Program-made: the position numbers and the translations under genes | Notes under the pieces: generated by a model | Told to the model about the DNA's origin: nothing | The model's input: the letters and a program-made list of their open reading frames with translations, nothing else | Databases searched by the model: none | NCBI GenBank assembly: GCA_021846685.1 | Contig: JAJZWL010000004.1 | Coordinates: 7,899-71,898, forward strand | Origin: a bacterium | GTDB taxonomy: Bacteria > Patescibacteriota > Dojkabacteria > JAKAPS01 > JAJZLI01 | Reading direction: 5' to 3' | DNA: 64,000 nt | Shown: positions 59,990 through 64,000 of the stretch, piece by piece | How the letters are laid out: each line of letters opens with the position of its first letter | How positions within the stretch are numbered: the stretch's first letter is position 1

Positions 59990-61243
59990 ATGGAAGAAAC
60001 ATTATATATGCAAAATCCTTGGTGGATGAATAGAGAATTTAATATAGGGATAATAAGAAAACAATCTCTTGATAAATTAAAAAGTATGGCTTTAAATAAT
60101 AAAGTTACAATGTTACTTGGAGGGAGACGTGTAGGAAAAACTTTTTTGATATATCAATATATAGATTATCTTTTAAAATCAAGAATAAAAGAAAAAAATA
60201 TACTATATTTACTTTTAGATACAAGGGCATTTGAAGATATAACAATTGTTAATTTACTAAGAGAATATAGAAAAATTCATAATCTTAGTATAGATGAGAA
60301 AATATATATTTTCTTAGATGAGATTCAATATAAAGATTCATGGGAGCAAGAAGTAAAGAATCTTTATGATACTGAGCCAAATATACAAATAGTTTTATCT
60401 GGATCTGCAAGTTTTAAAATTCATACAAAAACATCTTTTCTAACAGGTAGATATGAAATTATGAATTTATATCCTTTAAATTTTTTAGAATGGATAGGCA
60501 TTAGAGGTATTAAAATTCTTCCATCTGAGAGTTATAAATATCAAAATGAATTAAATGAATATTTATTTAAAGGAGGATATCCAGAATATGTTATTAAAGA
60601 GGATCCACAATATTTTCCTAATCTTGTAGACAGTATTGTATATAAAGATTTTGTAGAATATTTTAATATTAAAAATTTAGATATTGTTAAAGACTTATTT
60701 AAATTACTTTCAGATAGGACAGGGTCTCATTCAAGTCTTTCAAAAATAGGAAATATTCTGTCTATAAGCAAAGAAACAGTGAGGGAATATATATATGCTT
60801 TAAAGGGAAGTTTTTCTGTATATGAATTACAACGTTATTCTTCAAGCAGGAATGAGAGAATATATTTTGCTAAAAAATACTATTTAAATGATAATGGATT
60901 ACAATTTAATCAATCTGGTAAATTTAATAAAGGTCAATCTGCAGAGAGAACTTTATTTGATTATTTATATAAAAAATATTCAGATTCAATTTATTTCTAT
61001 TATGATAATAAAGTAGAAGTAGATTTTATATTGAAATATCATGATAGATTAGAACTGATAGAGTCTAAATACATAAATGATATTTCTGATTTTAATCCAA
61101 AATCTCTTCTAAAGGCAATGAAATCATTAGATGTAACTAATGCTACTGTTATCACAGAATCTATTGAAGAAGAATTAGTATTTGATGAAAAAAAGATAAT
61201 ATTTATTCCTTTATGGAAAGTTTTGGTAAAGCAAATTATATAA
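59990..61243 (+). CDS. AAA+ ATPase (AAA_14 + DUF4143 type)
   Basis: QNPWW, GGRRVGKT Walker A, FLDEIQ Walker B, SGS, LTGR, GGYP, K.Y..D.G and EVDF...IESK motifs. Confidence 0.92.
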   Translation: MEETLYMQNPWWMNREFNIGIIRKQSLDKLKSMALNNKVTMLLGGRRVGKTFLIYQYIDYLLKSRIKEKNILYLLLDTRAFEDITIVNLLREYRKIHNLSIDEKIYIFLDEIQYKDSWEQEVKNLYDTEPNIQIVLSGSASFKIHTKTSFLTGRYEIMNLYPLNFLEWIGIRGIKILPSESYKYQNELNEYLFKGGYPEYVIKEDPQYFPNLVDSIVYKDFVEYFNIKNLDIVKDLFKLLSDRTGSHSSLSKIGNILSISKETVREYIYALKGSFSVYELQRYSSSRNERIYFAKKYYLNDNGLQFNQSGKFNKGQSAERTLFDYLYKKYSDSIYFYYDNKVEVDFILKYHDRLELIESKYINDISDFNPKSLLKAMKSLDVTNATVITESIEEELVFDEKKIIFIPLWKVLVKQII

Positions 61244-61285
61244 ATTATTCATAATTTTTTAATTAGATATAGTAAAAATCTAGAT

Positions 61286-61346
61286 TACTTTTATCATTTT
61301 AATAATCCAAACTAAAGGGGTTAGATCTATGGCACACCAAGGTCAA
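61286..61346 (+). repeat. Array repeat copy 5 (attR-like: degenerate left arm and core only)
   Basis: TACTTTTATCATTTTAATAATCCAAACTAAAGGGGTTAGATCTATGGCACACCAA GGTCAA, then unrelated sequence; upstream part matches 54474-54500. Confidence 0.8.
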
Positions 61347-61475
61347 GTGATGCTACAATTCTGGATCAAATAGTATGTTATTAAATGGTGCTCAAAGACA
61401 AACTATTGGAGCTTTTGAAAAAAGGTATTTGAAAAATAGGGATTGATCAATAATTCTATCTTTGGAATAGGAGTT

Positions 61476-62293
61476 TTATCTTCTAGCTAATTTGGATGCC
61501 ACATCCAACATTCTTCTTCCATATCTTTTATTTTTATTATCTCTACAAACAATATCAACTGCGCTCTTATAAGGAATTACGACTCTTCTTCGAAGTGACG
61601 CTATATAAGTTCTGTTGTTAGGATAAAATATACTATGTTTTCCTAATATACTAAAAACTTTTTCACCTGTATCTAATAGTTTATAACTTCTTTCAGATTT
61701 TATATCATCCTCACATGATGATATATAATGTTCTATTTTAGAGCGTGAATACTCATCCATTGCTTCAAATTTTTCAGTATCTCGGTACTCGCCCAATATT
61801 TCTCTGGGCTTATCTACTCTCACATCTCCAGACATATCTTTACCTTCACTTTTGAAAAAAGATAACAATTTTTTAACCCTCTCTTTATTGTGGAAAGCCA
61901 CTATTTGTATTCTACTATCTTCTCCATTTTTAAACCTAGATAGATATAATCTTCTTAACAGTCTTAACTCGATATTGGTGTCAAATGCCCAGTCTCTAAA
62001 AATGAAATATTGTGGGTTTATGCCTAGATCTAAAAGAACAGAAGCTAAAACTTCCGAATATTCTTGACACTTAGGATTATCGCTATCTTCTATATTTGCT
62101 GCAGTTGATAGTATGTATGGTTTTCTTGAATCTGGTGCTAAATGCCATAAGAGTGCAACAGATCCTGCCATTGATCTTAAAATGCATCCATACCAGCTTC
62201 ATCCTTCCAAGGATCTCCTTTCCCAAGAACCATTATTGCATCAGGTAATGATTCTTGCAAAGGTTCGTTGTTGTAGACTTGTTCTATTTCCAT
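61476..62293 (-). pseudogene. Frameshifted DUF218/YdcF-like gene
   Basis: ATG 62293 reads MEIEQ...PDAIMVLGKG...DAF-stop; one extra T in the T4 run (62182-62179) fuses it in frame to the 231-aa ORF, which has a DT..E motif. Confidence 0.65.
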
Positions 62294-62562
62294 GGGGGAA
62301 ATTATATCATGTCATATAGTTCTTAACAAAATAATTACTAAAAATTTTGTTATTCATTAGAGCTTAATATTCTATAGCTACAATATTATTAGTTTATATA
62401 AATAAAAAATGCACGAATTTCGCTATAATAAAGATTAAAGATTCAAGATCCTTTCAAAATACTTAAAGGTGTTGGATTAAAGGGTAGTGATACTTTTATA
62501 GATAAGGTTAATTTAATTACCTATTTGATTTTAATATTAAAAATATCTAGAATATTGTATAT

Positions 62563-63510
62563 ATGGGAGTTAAATATATAGATCATAGGAATCCTGATAT
62601 ATTGAATCTTAAAGAAATTGAAGCATATTTTAACTATCTTGATTTTACTGTTATATCATCTTCTCAATCATGGAGATATGTAACTGGGTTTTTAGAAAAT
62701 GATAATAAAGAGTATTTTTTTAAAGTTTCAACTAATTCAGCCTTAAGTGAACGTTTAAAAACTGAAATTGAATGGGAAGAGATAAGAGATAGAGAAGATA
62801 TAAAACTATCTTGTGATTTTCCACAAATATATAAAACTGGATTTTATAAAGATATACTACTTTATATTGTTTTTGAGAAGGTAAATGGAGTTCCTCTTGC
62901 AAACTCTACTAAAAATGATGACAAAAGTATGCAGATATTTATAAGTCATATAAAAGATGTTGTCAAAATAATACATTCTATTATGAGTATTAATTCAGAT
63001 TCATTACTTCCTAAGGATAGGAAGATGAATATGAGTATAGCCGATTTTATAGTTGGATCCTATAAAAAATATCTTAATGAGATGCATAATAGAATTGATG
63101 TGAAATCTTTAGAAAAAATCATAGAAGCTGGGATTCAATATACTACAGTTGCTCCAGCTCATTGTGATTTTGTTCCAGAGCATCTCTTAATTGAAAATAA
63201 TACTAAACTGTATGTTGTTGATAATGAAGCATTTTCATTACACCATGTAAAATTTTATGATTTAGCATATATGTATCATAGATTATATACAAAATACTGT
63301 AGACCTGATATTGCAAATAAATTACTAAATCTATATGAATCAGAATATCCTCTTTCTAAGCAAGAGATTCTTGCATTTAGGGCTATCTTGGGTGTTAGAC
63401 TTATAGGTGGATTTTTAGATGCAGAAAATGATAAGGGTTTTTCTGGAGGTACAAAAATTGAAATGCAATTATCTATGCGAGAAAATTTGGAGAAAGGAAA
63501 AATTATATAG
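62563..63510 (+). CDS. Aminoglycoside phosphotransferase/choline kinase-like protein
   Basis: YFFK, E..W, HCDF..EHLL (Brenner motif), VVD.E and YDLA motifs. Confidence 0.82.
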   Translation: MGVKYIDHRNPDILNLKEIEAYFNYLDFTVISSSQSWRYVTGFLENDNKEYFFKVSTNSALSERLKTEIEWEEIRDREDIKLSCDFPQIYKTGFYKDILLYIVFEKVNGVPLANSTKNDDKSMQIFISHIKDVVKIIHSIMSINSDSLLPKDRKMNMSIADFIVGSYKKYLNEMHNRIDVKSLEKIIEAGIQYTTVAPAHCDFVPEHLLIENNTKLYVVDNEAFSLHHVKFYDLAYMYHRLYTKYCRPDIANKLLNLYESEYPLSKQEILAFRAILGVRLIGGFLDAENDKGFSGGTKIEMQLSMRENLEKGKII

Positions 63511-63547
63511 TTTGTAATATTTTTTTATCAACTTCTGCTTAATTAAA

Positions 63548-63772
63548 CTATTTTGAATGATTAGGATCTAATTGATTTTTTAATCTCCTAATATGTTCTA
63601 TTATTTCACGCCTAATCCTTTCTTCTTGTAATTTTTCAAGTGCATCTATTTCTTCCGGTTTTTGATATCCAAGATCTCCAGCAACTTTTGGAGATACACC
63701 ATCCACGACTCCTCCGAATTGATTCGCCATTACATTATCCCAATATACTCTTTTTAAATCTTCATTTCCCAT
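63548..63772 (-). CDS. Small hypothetical protein
   Basis: 74-aa ORF with plausible composition and upstream TATAAT boxes. Confidence 0.55.
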   Translation of the reverse strand: MGNEDLKRVYWDNVMANQFGGVVDGVSPKVAGDLGYQKPEEIDALEKLQEERIRREIIEHIRRLKNQLDPNHSK

Positions 63773-64000
63773 AGTATTTTATGATTATATTATACTATAT
63801 TTAAAGAAAAATAACTATACTATAAGATGCCTTCTGTTATGAGTAAACTTTAAAAAAGATGACAGTATTCAAAATATAACTTGAAAGAAAAATTAGAAAA
63901 TTTAGAGAAAAACAATGATATACCTTAATTGTCGAATCTCAGATAAACTATTGGCTTCATCACCTTTTCAGTAATCTGATGATAAGAAAAAATCTGATAA

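Larger units (their letters stand above)
48416..61346. mobile_element. tRNA-Glu-anchored tandem cassette array / genomic island
   Basis: Six co-oriented repeats with GGTCAA cores at 48416, 53238, 54530, 58981, 59785 and 61341 separate unrelated accessory modules. Confidence 0.8.

Noticed and set aside
48416-61346. Repeats as a CRISPR array
   Set aside because: Intervening segments are 0.8-4.8 kb and contain whole genes; no cas genes are present.
62460-62520. Possible seventh, degenerate array repeat (TAA-GGTTAA-TTT and a reversed TAATCCAA)
   Set aside because: Matches are short, AT-rich and in inconsistent orientations.
1-64000. Alternative genetic code (UGA=Gly, as in Gracilibacteria/SR1)
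   Set aside because: Long genes are intact under code 11 and several end at TGA at the expected length (e.g. 8628, 24881, 44332, 54452).
63790-64000. Possible gene at the right window edge
   Set aside because: The plus-strand frames I read are interrupted by stops, and there is too little sequence to support a call.

Overview
Very AT-rich bacterial chromosome segment using genetic code 11. The gene set (DUF4012 protein, alpha2-type GlyRS, cupin-type PGI, GapN, reduced dcw cluster, tandem RimK-like ligases) is most consistent with a Patescibacteria/CPR-type genome; this is inference. Bases 1-48.3 kb are mostly housekeeping: a Kef-type antiporter with a two-component module, glycosyltransferases, recO, an RND pump, glyQS, rsmI, ABC transporters, mraZ-rsmH-ftsL-ftsI-murA-murE-murC/mpl, DUF929+VKOR, vanY-like, uvrC, gapN, a large Cys-repeat surface protein, tldD/tldE, and tRNA-Gly, -Leu and -Glu. 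The main discovery is a ~12.9 kb accessory array starting at the 3' end of tRNA-Glu(TTC). Six same-orientation copies of a recombination-site-like repeat (internal core TTAA-GGTCAA-TTAA with imperfect inverted arms) divide it into five unrelated gene cassettes: phosphatase/IS/hypothetical/ABC-F; Fic; a four-gene NadE-like/nitrilase/PLP-decarboxylase/ATP-grasp operon; a toxin-antitoxin pair; an AAA ATPase. The first copy is tRNA plus right arm only and the last is left arm only, both breaking at the same 6-bp GGTCAA. That is the expected footprint of repeated site-specific integration at one site, yet no tyrosine or serine recombinase is encoded in the window. All product calls come from motif recognition by eye; no database searches were run.
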